A DNA stretch of 64,000 nucleotides from Vicugna vicugna (Eukaryota). The position numbers and the translations under genes are program-made. Every line of letters starts with the position of its first letter. Within the stretch, counting starts at the first letter, position 1. Under the pieces are notes generated by a model. The model saw only the letters and a list, made by a program, of their open reading frames with translations, was not told where the DNA came from and did no database searches. Location: contig MU057744.1 of NCBI GenBank assembly GCA_013265495.1, forward strand, positions 1,130,356 to 1,194,355, read 5' to 3'. Below, piece after piece: positions 39,261 to 51,294 of the stretch.

Positions 39261-39744
39261 TAAAAGATTATATAAACTTACAGTAAAATAAAGGATTAAC
39301 CAGGCTTGAATCTCCTACCTTTGGATTTCTGGTTATGTGGGGTCATACATTTTCCTTACTATTTAAGTGACTGCTAGTCAAACTTCCTATTACTTTAGCT
39401 GAAAGGGTCCTAACGTAATGAAGTTTTTCTATTTGTTCTTGGTAGTGGTGTTTTTTTTTTTTAATTACACCTTTTACATCGCTCTGTACTGCTTTAACAC
39501 AAGCATTCTCAATGAAAGGGAGAAAAACATCCTACTCTTTTTATGTATAAAACATACATACACATACAGTACCTAAACTAATATACAGATTCTCTCTCGT
39601 ATTTCAGTTACATGGGGGAGGAGCAGGTTTCTGGGGGGAAAAGGCTAAAAAAGACTCCTGGGGGAGTAATAATGAAAAGCGGGTTGAGAAATACTGCTTT
39701 CACAAAAAAAGATCTGACATGTAGGTACAGCATGATGCCTTGAA

Positions 39745-39870
39745 CATTTACTTTGGTGTCGGAAGACCAGCTATATGACCTTGGTAAAGTCACCTACATC
39801 CTTTGGCTACTTTTTTTTTTGTCTATAAAATATGGAGATTGCACTGATGGTCTCTAAACACATATTCAAG
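39745..39870 (+). mobile_element. MIR fragment
   Basis: ccagctatatgaccttggtaaagtcacct...gtctataaaatatgg. Confidence 0.6.
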
Positions 39871-41060
39871 CGTTAACAGTCCATACTTCAAAAAATTTTA
39901 AAATACGACATTTTCTAGCAGTAGAATGCAGTGTTATTGGAAGCAATCACAGAGCCAACAGCCCCAGGTAACCGGACAGTGAGGAAAACAACAGAAAAAT
40001 AAATCATCTTGTCCACGTTGGAACTGATAACTACTTGTCTTTAACTTTCTGTGTACAGGAAGCTCTTCATCTGCTAGAAAACCTAACCCTATTCATCTTG
40101 CTGATGGAGATAGGGAGACGCTGAGAGCCAAATGCAGCTGGTCCAAGGGCGGCTGATGGGTGACAGGGCTGTTGCCAAGGTACGTGACAGCTCACCTCTC
40201 TCCCCCCTCATCCTCCCTCTTCCCCGAAACACACACGCATATAGACACAGTCAGGTGCACATCTGTTTGCCTCAACCAATATGCAATTAGAAACTGTGCT
40301 TTGTCCTGGAGGTAAAAAGAAGAGCTTGTGGTTGGAGAGAGAGCAAGAGTCACAAAGAGGAGGGAAAGGCTGGACCAGCTTCTGTTTAGAGGCTCTGGCA
40401 TGTGAAGGGGTCTTGAGAATGAAGCCAGGGAGGTGAAAGGACTTTTCAAGGACGGAGACTCTCGGTTCAAGCACAGCTCTGTGGTGTTCCAGATGAGGAA
40501 GGTGGCAAGCAAGCCCGCCCCCTGGCCTCTGCACAGAATCAGAATCCTACGACACTCTGACATCCGAGTCCTAGGAGCACCGGGGCTCAGAGGTTGCTGT
40601 CCTACCGATTGGCAGTCACTGAACGAGGCTCCAGGGCTGCTCTGCCAGACAAGCAGCAGCGCAAAGGCAGGTCTGGCACCGTGAGGACGTGATGCTAACA
40701 GATCGCTCTATGAGCATTTGACAATCCCTTCTTAAATTCTCCAAAAACCACTGGGGGTTGCTTTGAAGGGGGCTGAGACACCATTGTTGTCCAGATGAAG
40801 CTGTCAAACCAGTCACTGTGTGGGTTCAGATTGATACCCTATTTCATCCTGTCCACAGGGGACAGAGCTTTAACTTGGGAAAATAAAAGTCTTCTGGAGG
40901 TGGAAGGTGGTGATGGATACACAGCAAGATGAATGTACTTTGTGCCACTGAAATCCATATTTAAAAATGGCTCAAATAGTAAAATTTAAGTTTCAAACAC
41001 ACACACACTAACTCCCACAGAAATACTAACTGCTAATCATCTTGTATGACCAGAGTTGTC

Positions 41061-41177
41061 TTTTTTTTTTAATTAATTTTATGCAAGTTTTTTTTTAAAT
41101 GGAGGTACTGGGGATTGAACCCAGGACCTCGTGCATGCTAAGCACGTGCTCTACCACTGAGATACACCCTCCACCCA
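41061..41177 (-). mobile_element. tRNA-derived SINE
   Basis: ggaggtactggggattgaacccaggacctcgtgcatgctaagcacgtgctctaccactgag. Confidence 0.93.
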
Positions 41178-41438
41178 TCTAGTCTTTTTTTTTTTTTAAA
41201 TAAAATTAATGAAAACGGAGGTCTGAGAAAGGAAAACTGGATGAGTATTTCTGGGACTTTGTCATCGGTAAAAATGACCTCCAATGTCCTCCAGGTTCTG
41301 AGACACTGAGCTTCCATAATTCCGTGGTGTCATCTGACAGGGATACTTGCAAAGTAGGAAGGTTTGGGGATGGATAATGAAGCAAAGATAAAACGGGAGG
41401 TTTCGTTTTCCATTTTATCATTTCAAGTTGGGCTCAGC

Positions 41439-41975
41439 TGTAGTTCTAAATGCCTCTGTCAGCCACCTAGAAGCAGTCTTCTGGGGGACGAGGCACAACG
41501 TGAAGCGGTGAGTGTTTCTTCCCCTCCGTTTGCATTCATTCTGCCTTTTCTGGGCAGAACGTCTCATCTCTCTGGTGCCCCCCAGCCCCCTTCCTCTGAC
41601 TCTCAGCCGATGCCCTTGCCTCCTCCACTTTGCTGTAAAAGCCACCGGACGGGAGCGCCTCCTCTTCCTGGGACGAGGTCCACGGCCACTGACATCTGTG
41701 CACGTCTGCTCCTTAGTGGAGCCCCTGTCCCTTCCTCAAAAGCTCTGGTCCCAGTTCCTTCCTCTTTCACAGAAACCTGACTCCAAATTTCCCACTTCTG
41801 CCCCGAATCATCGCTCGCCCGCTTCCTTCTGCATTCCAGCCCGCGACAAGAAAATTTGCTCTAATACGTCCTACTTTGCGGTTTTCCTTTGTTTCTTGCA
41901 CTTTTACGAATAAAGCTGTTTCTTTTTTCTGAATCCAGTTTCCCCCTTCACCACTTCGAGAGCTCGCCACTGTAT
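41439..41975 (+). mobile_element. Probable ancient ERVL-type solo LTR
   Basis: Starts tgtag; internal gtgagt donor (41509); AATAAA at 41909 followed by a U5-like tail. Family not assigned. Confidence 0.5.
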
Positions 41976-42149
41976 TTCTATTCCTTTAGTCATTAGCTGG
42001 GAGTAACAGCGTGATCGGTATGTTCACATCTGAAGTTACACACGCCTTCATCTTCCTCCCCGATGATGCAAGGACCTTAGACCCCTGTGATGCTGAGCAC
42101 CTGTTTCCAGTGTGTATGCTATTGCTGTTATGCCTTTACGTTAATCTTG

Positions 42150-42970
42150 ATTTTGTTTATTGTGGCAAAATATACACGACATAAAATTTTCCATTTTCAC
42201 CAGTTTTTTAGCGTGCAGCTCAGCGGCACTAAGCACATTCACGTTGTTGTGCAAACATCGCCACTTTCCATCTCCAGAAACTTTCCATCTTGCAAACTGA
42301 AACTCTGCACCCATTTTTTTAAATGTGTTTTGAGGGGAGGTAATTAGGTTTATTTACATTTACTTTTATTGTAGTGTTTAATGGCAGTACTGGGGATTGA
42401 ACCCAGGGCTTTGTGTGTGCTAAGCATACATGCTGCCACTGGGCTGCACCCTCCCCTCTTCTATACTCATTAAACAGTCACTCTCCACTGCCTCCTCCCC
42501 CAGCCCCTGGCCACACCCACTCTGCTGTCTATCCGCATGAATCTGACTTCTCTAGGGACCTCCTATACATGGAAGTATGTGGTATCTGTTCTTTTGTGTC
42601 TGGCTTATTTCACTCTAAATAATGTCCTCAAAGTCACCTCTGTTGGAGCATGTGTCTGAACTGCCTTCCTTTTTAAGGATGAAGTATATATTTCACACTT
42701 TGCTTGAATATTCATGTGCCAATAGACACTCGAGTTGCTTCCACCTCTTGCCTACTGTGAATAATGTTGCTGTAAACATCGGTGTACAAGTATCTCTTGA
42801 ATCCCTGCTTTCAGTTTTGTGGGGCATACACTAAACCATGAGATAGTTCTACAGTTAATTTTCTGAGGACTCTCCACGCCGGTTTCCCCAGCGGCTGCAC
42901 CGTCTTACGTGCCCGTCCACAGTGTGCAGGGCTCCAGTTTCTCTGCATCCTCACCGACACCTGTGATTTT
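42150..42970 (-). mobile_element. L1MB-type 3' end with nested SINE (42313-42456, minus)
   Basis: attgtggcaaaatatacac...ttccatctccagaaactttccatcttgcaaactgaaactctg...cagcccctggc. Confidence 0.85.
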
Positions 42971-43247
42971 CTGTGTGGGAGGTGGCTGGTTAGATTTCCT
43001 TTTAAGCAACAAGATGCTTCCATATTCAAATTTTGTGAAATGCTAATGATGGGAAAGCACCGTAGAGACGATGAAGTCTTCCTTTCTGCGTGGAATTTTC
43101 CCAGAACGTTCTTTGGTGCTCTGCAAGCAGTCCTGAGTGCCCGGACACCGATTTCCCTCCTAATCCGGGGCCTCTGTAAGATCAAGTGACTTTGGGGTTA
43201 TAGAGGGAAAATGAAATGGTGTTCCAGTTACCTTTGTGATCTTCAGG

Positions 43248-43345
43248 GCAGGACTTGGCTAGCTTTCACCGTGAAGGGCTGGATAGTAGATATTTTAGAC
43301 TTTGTTGGCTACATGAGGTCTCTGTTCCAACTACTCAACTTACTG
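43248..43345. mobile_element. MER58A-like hAT MITE fragment
   Basis: gaagggctggatagtagatattttagactttg...ggtctctgttccaactactcaac. Confidence 0.75.
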
Positions 43346-43814
43346 TACTTATAATAAGAAAATTATAAAAAAAAGAGAGAGAAAATGATCATACTTAGAA
43401 CAATATTCTACCGTATGTATATTCTCTCTGATTTTTCAACCATCAAGACATTATCACTATTACTGTTTCCTGCAGATATGTAGGTGATCTTCAAAAAGAT
43501 ATTTTTGCCACTTTTTTGTGAGTGCTTTCTTGCATTCCTACTCCAAAGTGCACTCCTTTCAGTGAGGGTTTATCAGTGCGATTTCTCTCAGATTTCCTTC
43601 TTCCTGAAAATGTCTTTAATTTACTCCCTTTAAAGTGCCGTAGCTTTAAGACTTTAACGCACTTTACTGCCGTCTCCTGGCTTCTGTGGTCGATGCTGAG
43701 GAATTGAGACTCTAACTCTTGTGTCTTTGCTGCAAACCGTCTGGGTTTTCTGACCGAGAGCCCTTTCTCTTTGCTGTGCTGTGGTTTCACCAGGAGGTGT
43801 GTGGGTATGGATTT

Positions 43815-44458
43815 CCTTCTTTTTCTTTTTTTCTTTTTCTTTATTTTAAACACCTTTATTGTGGTATGATTCCTGTACATAAACTGCACATATTTCAGAT
43901 GTACAGTTTGATGAATTTCGATTCTGTCGAAGCCACCACCCATGAAGCCACCGCCACAACCAAGACCGCTAACATTTCCATCACTCCTCAAGAGCTGCAA
44001 GTTTCAAGTTCCCAATTTATCCCCTCCCACCCGCTTTACCCCATGGTAACCGTAAATTTGTTCTCTATGTCTGTGACTCCATTTCTGTTTCATAGATAAG
44101 TTCTTTCGTGTCCTTTAAGATTCCACATATGAGTGATATCATATGGTATTTGTCTTCCTCTGTCTGGCTTACTTCATTTAGTATGAAAATCTCTAGTCCA
44201 TCCATGTTGCTGCAAATGGCATTATTTTATTCTTTTTTATGGTATTCCATTGTATAAATATACCACGACATCTTTATCCAGTCACCTATGAATGCACACT
44301 TGGGTTGTTTCCATGTCTTGGCTACTGTAAATAGTGCTGCTGTGAACACTGGGGTACATGTATCTTTTCAAATTACAGTTTCCTCCGGATATACGCCCAG
44401 GAGTGGGATTGCTGGATCATATGGTAAGTCTATTTTTAGTTTTTTGAGGAATCTCCAT
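43815..44458 (-). mobile_element. 5'-truncated L1 with chimeric L1MD/ME-type tail, inserted in ancient L1M
   Basis: Young ORF2 end/3'UTR at 43996-44458 joined to an old-type tail at 43850-43995; tggattt on both flanks. Confidence 0.88.
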
Positions 44459-44754
44459 TGGATTTTTTTTTTCAGTTATCCTGCTTGAAATTCAGTACAT
44501 TCCCAGAATCTGAGGACTAGGACCTCCCATCTGTTGGGACAATCTAATGTAATTACTTCCTTGACTTCTGCCCCCGCCCATCTCCGTGTGGTCCTCCTAC
44601 AACTCCAACTGGTCATATGTTAGACTGCCGCACACCCTCCGTATTTTTAAAGCTTTCTTTCATATTTTCTCTCTCTTTCTCTCTATGCTGCATGGTGGTT
44701 TCGTTTGTTTGTTTGCACATCAGCCTCTTGGCTATTTCTTTTCTCTTCAGGATG

Positions 44755-45175
44755 TCTGGATTAGTGTTCCATTGCTGCCAGAACAAACTGCCACAAACGT
44801 TGTGGCTCCAGGCAACACAGTTTTATTATCTTGCCAACCAGTTGGTCAGAAATCCATTGAGTTGGGCTGGTTTTCTCAGCCCGGCTCTCACAAGGCTGGA
44901 GTCAGGTGCTTCGGCAGGACTGCCTTGCTCTCTGGAGGTTCCGTTCAGGCTGCTGGTGGCCCCGAGTCCCCTGTGGCTGCGGGACTGAGGGCCCCAGTCT
45001 CTGGCTGGAGGGTGATTAGAGATTGTCCTCGACTTCTAGACGCTGCTGCTGGCAGCTCCCCCCCCCCCACCTCATGGCCCCTCTGGCTTCCAGGCCAGCA
45101 GCAGGGGGCTGGGGCTTTCTGACCCTTCTCATCTGTCTCTGACCTCAGCTGGGGAATGTTCTCCACCCTGAGGCT
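44755..45175 (-). mobile_element. MLT1 (MaLR) LTR, left part (continues at 52180-52331)
   Basis: ttccattgctgcc...ccacaaac...ggactgaggccccagt; resumes with ttgggcccaccctgataatccagaataatc...cttaattacatctgcaaag. Confidence 0.8.
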
Positions 45176-45183
45176 TGTTACCA

Positions 45184-45611
45184 TAAAAAAGAATGAAATA
45201 ATGCCATTTGCAGCAACATGGATGGACCTAGAGATGATATTACTAAGTGAAGTAGGTCAGACAAATATATGATATCACTTATATGTGGAATCTGAAAAAT
45301 AATACGAATGAATTTATATACAAAACAGAGACTCATAGACAGAAAACAAACTTACGGTTACTGAAGGGGAAGCCGGGAGGGAGGGATAAATTAGGAGTTT
45401 GACATTAACAGATACAAACTACTCTACGTAAAACAGATGAGCAACAAGGACTTAGTGTGTAGCTCAGGGAGCTATATTCAGTATCTCGTAGTAACCTATA
45501 ATGGGAAATAATCTGAAAAAATGTGTATATAACTGAATCACTTTGCTGTACACCTGAAAGCAACACAGCATTGTAAATCAACTACACTGCAATAAAATAA
45601 TATAGAATAAA
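45184..45611 (+). mobile_element. L1 3' end
   Basis: TSD aggctt(g/c)ttacca at 45171-45183 and 45612-45624. Confidence 0.92.
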
Positions 45612-45616
45612 AGGCT

Positions 45617-46145
45617 TCTTACCAAGCCGGTTTCACTTATCTGATGCACAACAAGTCGAATGCTGAGATGCCAGGGTTTGCAGCAGAGAAAAAGTCTTGT
45701 CATGAGGCAGCCAAGCGAGAAAATGGAAGAACAAATCTCAAATCCACCTCCTCTGAGGCGAGGGCTCAGAGTATTATGGGATAAGAAGCAGGATGATCCG
45801 TGGTGCAGGGAGCGTGGAGAAAGGTGATTGTCAATAAGACACAGGTGAGGTAGTCATGATGTTGCGCAGGTGCAGCTAAGCTACAGGAGTCTTCGTGGGA
45901 CACGTGTTCAGAAACATCGTCGTCAGCGTGATCTGACTGTGGGGTTTTCAGCCTCTGACGTGGAAAGGTCACTGGCCGGACACACACGCATGCTCAGTTG
46001 AGGGGTCAATGGTCCTAACCAGTCTTGACCTGCTCAGGCTCAAACTGGACACAGCTGCCTCTGAGTTCCTGAAAATCAACAATTAAAGTGAGTTTGACCC
46101 ATGGAGGCAGGTGACAGGTGTCATGGGTCTAGCTGACAATGGTTT
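45617..46145 (-). mobile_element. ERV1 (MER34/MER39-like) solo LTR; terminal bases displaced to 52174-52179
   Basis: gggtttgcagcagaga...aggcagccaagcgag...gaacaaatctcaaatcc; 4-bp TSD ggct at 45172-45175 and 52180-52183. Confidence 0.75.
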
Positions 46146-47357
46146 TGTAACCGAGCAGGAGGACCCTGGGGGGCCTTCCAGGGTCAGACCCTCCCCCATG
46201 CCCTCTGCGGGAGCTCCTCTCTGAAGCACCCAGATCATAATATCTCATGTGTATTTCCTGAGTTTTTCAGATGCTTAAAACCACCTCCAAAGTGAAGAAA
46301 TAACCATCTGATGATGGAGAGCACGTGGCCCCAGACCTTCTGGGGCCCAGGGGTGACAGTGTTGCCCGCCCTGTGACCTCCACGTCAGCCACCAGAGGAC
46401 TGTGCATGAGCTGATCACACACCCTGTGACCCCCCCCACCTGGCCTTAAATATGCTTTGCTGAGACCCTTCAGGGAGTTCAGGGTTTTCTTGGGCATAAT
46501 CCACCCTGTCCTCCTTGCTCGGCCCTGCAGTAAACCTTTCTCTGCTCCAAACTCTGATGTTTCAGTTTGTTTGGCCTCACGGTGCGGTGGGCACATGAAC
46601 TTGCCTTCAGTAACAGTTTTGATGAACCAGCGCAGGTGTCTGTGCCGTGGCAGGGCGACCCTCGCCGGGGCAGCCCCTTGCCTGTGTCCCAGCAGCTGCC
46701 GGAGCTCAGCTGACTCCAGGGAATCGGGAAGGACTGTCCCCGACAGGCGCTGGCTGCCCTATGGCATGAGGCTGTGTGAAGTCAAGAAACTGCTGGAGCT
46801 ACGGTCGCCGGCATTGTGAGTCGCCTGGGGGTGAGTGGCTCCGGCTCGCACAGGCCGAGAACCCTCTCCATCCATCTGGGCTCATTCCCACCAGGAAGGG
46901 AGCCGCTCTGGGGGGCTCCCTCTCGGGAGCTGGGCCCACCTGTTTGGAGGCCTCCATCTGGGAGTGGGAGTGGGATTTGGGGGCCACACCTTGCCTGATC
47001 TTTTGTTTATGGGAAAATGTTGCATGTATGTGTGTGTCAGACTTGCATTGACCAGTTGAGACGTCTTTGAGTAACAGGGCTCGGTGTGACGGCACCAGAG
47101 TGTCCTTCCCTACTGCACTGGCCTCGCCTGGGGCGGAGCGTAGCCTCGGTCCTCCATTCAGCTTCGTCTCTGCTGGGGCACTGGGGGGGTTCACCCCTTG
47201 TGGGCTGACAGGGCTCTGGTTAGGAGTCTCCCTTTTGGGGCCCGGGAACTGTGACCCAGAGGGACCGTTTTGAATTATTGTTTGCTGGATATTTGATACC
47301 ATCGGCTGTGAATAAGTGTGGACAATCAGAGAGCTCTGTTCCATCTTATATATCGTC

Positions 47358-47521
47358 CTCCTGGAGTACATTTTGCAAAACTGGGAGATATTCAGCTATG
47401 CTCCCAAAAATTAAAAAAAAATGATATGTTTATTGTAACGCTGTGTGACCTCAGTGCTCCCTGTGATCTGGAGGACAGTGGCCCTGACGGCTCTGCTGTT
47501 GTATCAAAGTGGATCTTTTGC
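47358..47521 (+). pseudogene. gag: Class I ERV gag matrix remnant
   Basis: Frameshifted translation LLEYILQNWEIFSY...YCNAV*PQCSL*SGGQWP resembles class I ERV MA (PLxCILxxW...FCNxAWPQYxLxxGExWP). Confidence 0.65.
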
Positions 47522-47854
47522 AATTTGGCTTTTGTCTTGGGTGTGTGTGCACGTGTGTGTGTGTGTGTGTGTTTATCTTGGTACCTAAGTCCAAATCCTG
47601 TTCTCTCTTTCTACTCTTGCTGAAAGTGAGGCATCTGAATGGGAGTGAATGATTATATATATATATATAATTCTCTATGATTGTTATTTCTTTAAGCTGG
47701 AGTGGATATTTGGGAACCAGAAAAAAAAATCCCTGAAAATAGCCAAGATGATTGAGTTTGTAGAAACCACTAGAGGAGGAATTTGCGTTTCTCTTCCTGT
47801 GCCTTTGAGATGTAAGTGATCCACCTGGCTCTCTAGCAAAAAGGTTTTTTTCTT

Positions 47855-47913
47855 TTCTTTTTTTTTTTTTTTAACATTTTTTATTGATTTATAATCATTT
47901 TACAATGTTGTAT
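47855..47913 (-). mobile_element. Young L1 3' tip in the provirus
   Basis: T-run plus tttattgatttataatcattttacaatgttg; TSD caaaaag(g/c)ttttttt. Confidence 0.85.
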
Positions 47914-48374
47914 CAAAAAGCTTTTTTTTCAAACTCAGGCAGAAAACCTGTGAGATCTCTGGTTCTGTCTTTACATAAAAATTAACACGTAAAAGAGCTC
48001 TATTTAATTGACTTAGAAGTATTTAATTTATAAGTGCTTACTTTTAAGTATAAAAGAAGCTAGACTACAAATTTCAGGCTCATGTGATTTAGGAAGTAGC
48101 CAATATTAAATTAATATCTGATGTTAAACCTGGCTTGAGCTTGTTGGTATCATCAACACAGACATGTCTCTCATTGTGCCCAGGTTCAATGAAGGTCAAT
48201 AGGTTCGTGTTATTTGTGTTGCAGAGTTTGTCAGAAAGAAAAAAAAATTTAATTAACTTGGTATGACAAAATTCTTCTAAGTAAATTAAATGCAAATAAC
48301 AAAAGAGGTTTTGGGTAAACTCATTGGAAATAATTCTGTTTTGGGAATATCTACTTAAAAATGATCTCTCCAGA

Positions 48375-49045
48375 ATAGACTTACCATACAACCCAGGAAT
48401 CCTGCTCATGGGCATATATCCAGAAGGAACCCTACTTCAAAAAGACACCTGCACCCCAGTGTTCATAGCAGCACTATTTACAATAGCCAAGACATGGAAA
48501 CAGCCTAAATGTCCATTAGCAGATGACTGGATAAAGAAGATGTGGTATATTTATACAATGGGATACTATTCAGCCATAAAAACCAACAACATAACGCCAT
48601 TTGCAGCAACATGGATGTCCCTGGAGAATGTTATTCTAAGTGAAGTAAGCCAGAAAGAGAAAGAAAAATACCATATGAGATCGCTCATATGTGGAATCTA
48701 AAAAACAAAAACAAAAAACATAAATACAAAACAGAAACAGACTCATAGACATAGGATACAAACTTGTGGTTGCCAAGGGGACAAGGGGGTAGAAAGGGAC
48801 TGGGATTTCAAAATGTAGAATAGATAAACAAGATTGTACTGTGTAGCACAGGGAAATAAAGACAGGATCTTGCGGTGGCTCACAGCGAAAGAGAATGTGA
48901 CAATGAATGTATGTATGTTCGTGTATCACTGAAAAATTGTTCTCCACACTGGAATTTGACACAACATTGTAAAATGAGTATAACTCAATAAAAAAAAGTT
49001 TAAAAAAATAAAAATAAAGACACCAGTTATACTGTTAAAAAAAAA
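48375..49045 (+). mobile_element. Young L1 in the provirus
   Basis: ORF2 peptide IDLPYNPGILLMGIYP...EKYHMRSLICGI; TSD atctctccaga. Confidence 0.93.
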
Positions 49046-51090
49046 ATCTCTCCAGATATTTGGTAACTTGAAATTTTAGAGCTGTCCTAAAGGTAGATGA
49101 TGGAAGTTTGCTGAACAGCTAGCTCATTCCCAAACAAAGGAAGATACTAGAACATTGTCTGCTGAGCACTGGCCTCCCTTTACAGAGAAACTAAAGGTGC
49201 TTAGGACTGTTATTAAATATGTTTGGTGCCACGCTGAGGTATGTTCTGTAAAAAGCACATGTTATTAGGAACTGCTGGTAGTTATGCTTGCCGATCTACA
49301 GAATGTGAGCGTAAAAGACAGCTTATAAATGCTGACTTCTTGGTTTTCACTAGAAATTACTGTTTTTAAGAGTTGGGGATTCTAATTTAAATATGTCACT
49401 AAAGCTACTAAAAATAATAAAGGGAACATTCAGTATACAGTGAGGAGGTAGGATATATGATTTGAGTGAAAAGTATGAGGCATGGAATTGTATTTTGTTA
49501 GGGGAAAAGTTTGTAGAAGGGGACCTCTAAAAAGAGGAGTTTTGTGCATGGTCAGGCTGAGATTAAACTTAAGTAACGGGTAAATGGATTTTGTTAGTAA
49601 AATCCTGGTGCAGGGCTAAGAAAGAAGTTTACTTGCTTGTCATAACAGATGCTTCTGACAACAGATTGTGTGAGATTTTTTGATGTTGTTGACAAACTTC
49701 CTGTCAAATTCTAATCAAAGTTCTTTTGACTTCAGCAGACTTTGGGAGGTGTCAGAGGACCCCTGAGACAGCTCAGAGAAAAGTATTAAACCAACTAGGA
49801 TTGGCCAGTACGTTAAATTACACGGCGTTGTCAAATGAGTGATAAGCCTCCTCAGAGGATACGATGCTGAAAAATGTTATTAACATGGACATTCTGGAAA
49901 TTATATAAGGTTCCCGAAATTTAGATACGTGCTGGCATAATGCTGCCAGTCATAATTCCAGTCCTAGCCTAGCTATCTTAAAAAGTTGTATGTCCAGCAA
50001 CTTGATTAAGCTGCTTTGTCGAAAACGTTGTAGCCAGATCTTTAACCTTGCTTTTTAAAAGTCTTTTTGTCATTTATAGACAGTTGAGCTGATGCTTTGA
50101 AAAACTGCTTCATCTCAAATAAGAGTCCAAAAAAGGACTTTTTGACAAATAGTTTTCTCTTAAATCCTCGTGCTGAGCTGAGTAAGAGATTTAAAATGTC
50201 TAATGAAAACTCTGATTTCATAAAACTTATTAAAAAGGATTAATTACATAGGATTGAGTAAGCTGGTGAATATGGTTGTAATTATTTGGTTTTTTTCTGA
50301 AATATTACTGGCTTTTAATCGACATTTTCCAATTGAGTTGTTTCTCAGATGTTTGTCTCCCAATCAATATTGAAAGTTACTGATTCACTTCCAACCACAC
50401 TGTTGCCCCCAGTGTTTAGGATGGAAAGAGAGTTCTCTCGTGGGGTTGTCACAGAGGATAAGGACTCACGATGGACAACGCTGCTTGCTCTGTGTCTGTT
50501 GCTGAAAGCACATGTGCAATGCTCCTGCCCCACCTGGGTGTAAGAGATGAAATGTGTGGCCGGTGAATGTTTCCTCATGAACATACGCCTGAGCCTGTTC
50601 ATGGCATCTGGTTCGTTCTCCCCTGACGTGGATAACGAGGCAAATATAAGGGAGGCCTGGTACCGAGGGACATGATCTGAACCTGGGGCAGGAGCTTTGA
50701 TCAGCAGTGCTTGCTGTTGAAAGATTTGCAATCAAAAAGAGAAATGATGGGAAAATCTGCACATATTGAGGTATGGGGAAGTCCTTCTGGCTTGTGTATA
50801 GTTTGATTTGAACTTTACTGATCAAAGCAGCCTGTTTTATGGACATGCATTGTACATCTGCTTTGGCCTTGAGGAGGGGAATGCGTTTGAAAGTTAGAAT
50901 GGAGGAGCTGTGGTTCAGACATTCTAGGTCAGACTAGGTGGCCACTGGGGGCGTGATTTCAGACACATTCTCGTATTGCCGAGAACTCGAACTTTCTGAG
51001 CTGCGTCATACTCGGGAGACACCAGCCATTCTTGAAGCAGTGCCTGTTGGAAGCTGCAACCTTGTGACTTCAAGGTCTCTTGTCACTATT

Positions 51091-51294
51091 AAATTTTTAA
51101 ACAATTAAGTTGTTTTAGATCAGTTGTTAGCAGAAAAAAGGAGACGTGTAATGGCCAATAGCTCTGGTTTTGTATGTGTTAAAACCACATCAGAAGTTAA
51201 AACCTACTCAGATGAGAGTAGACAGCTGGCTACCTGGCTACAGGTCTCCCCTGAAGTGCCAGGTCCGGACTGGTTTTCAGGCTCACTTTCGTGA
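51091..51294 (+). pseudogene. env: Class I ERV env transmembrane-subunit (immunosuppressive domain) remnant
   Basis: In-frame KFLNN*VVLDQLLAEKRRRVMANSSGFVCVKTTSEVKTYSDESRQLATWLQ parallels the LDNRIALDYLLAEQGGVCAVANTSCCTWIN...QATWLQ pattern. It has a stop and has lost the CX6CC motif. Confidence 0.7.

Noticed and set aside
39500..39697. Possible hAT MITE with ttctcaa...ttgagaa ends
   Set aside because: The ends are too degenerate to assign a family or boundaries.
46799..47371. 190-aa antisense ORF in the proviral leader
   Set aside because: Lies in the GC-rich ERV leader with no recognisable motif; treated as a chance ORF.
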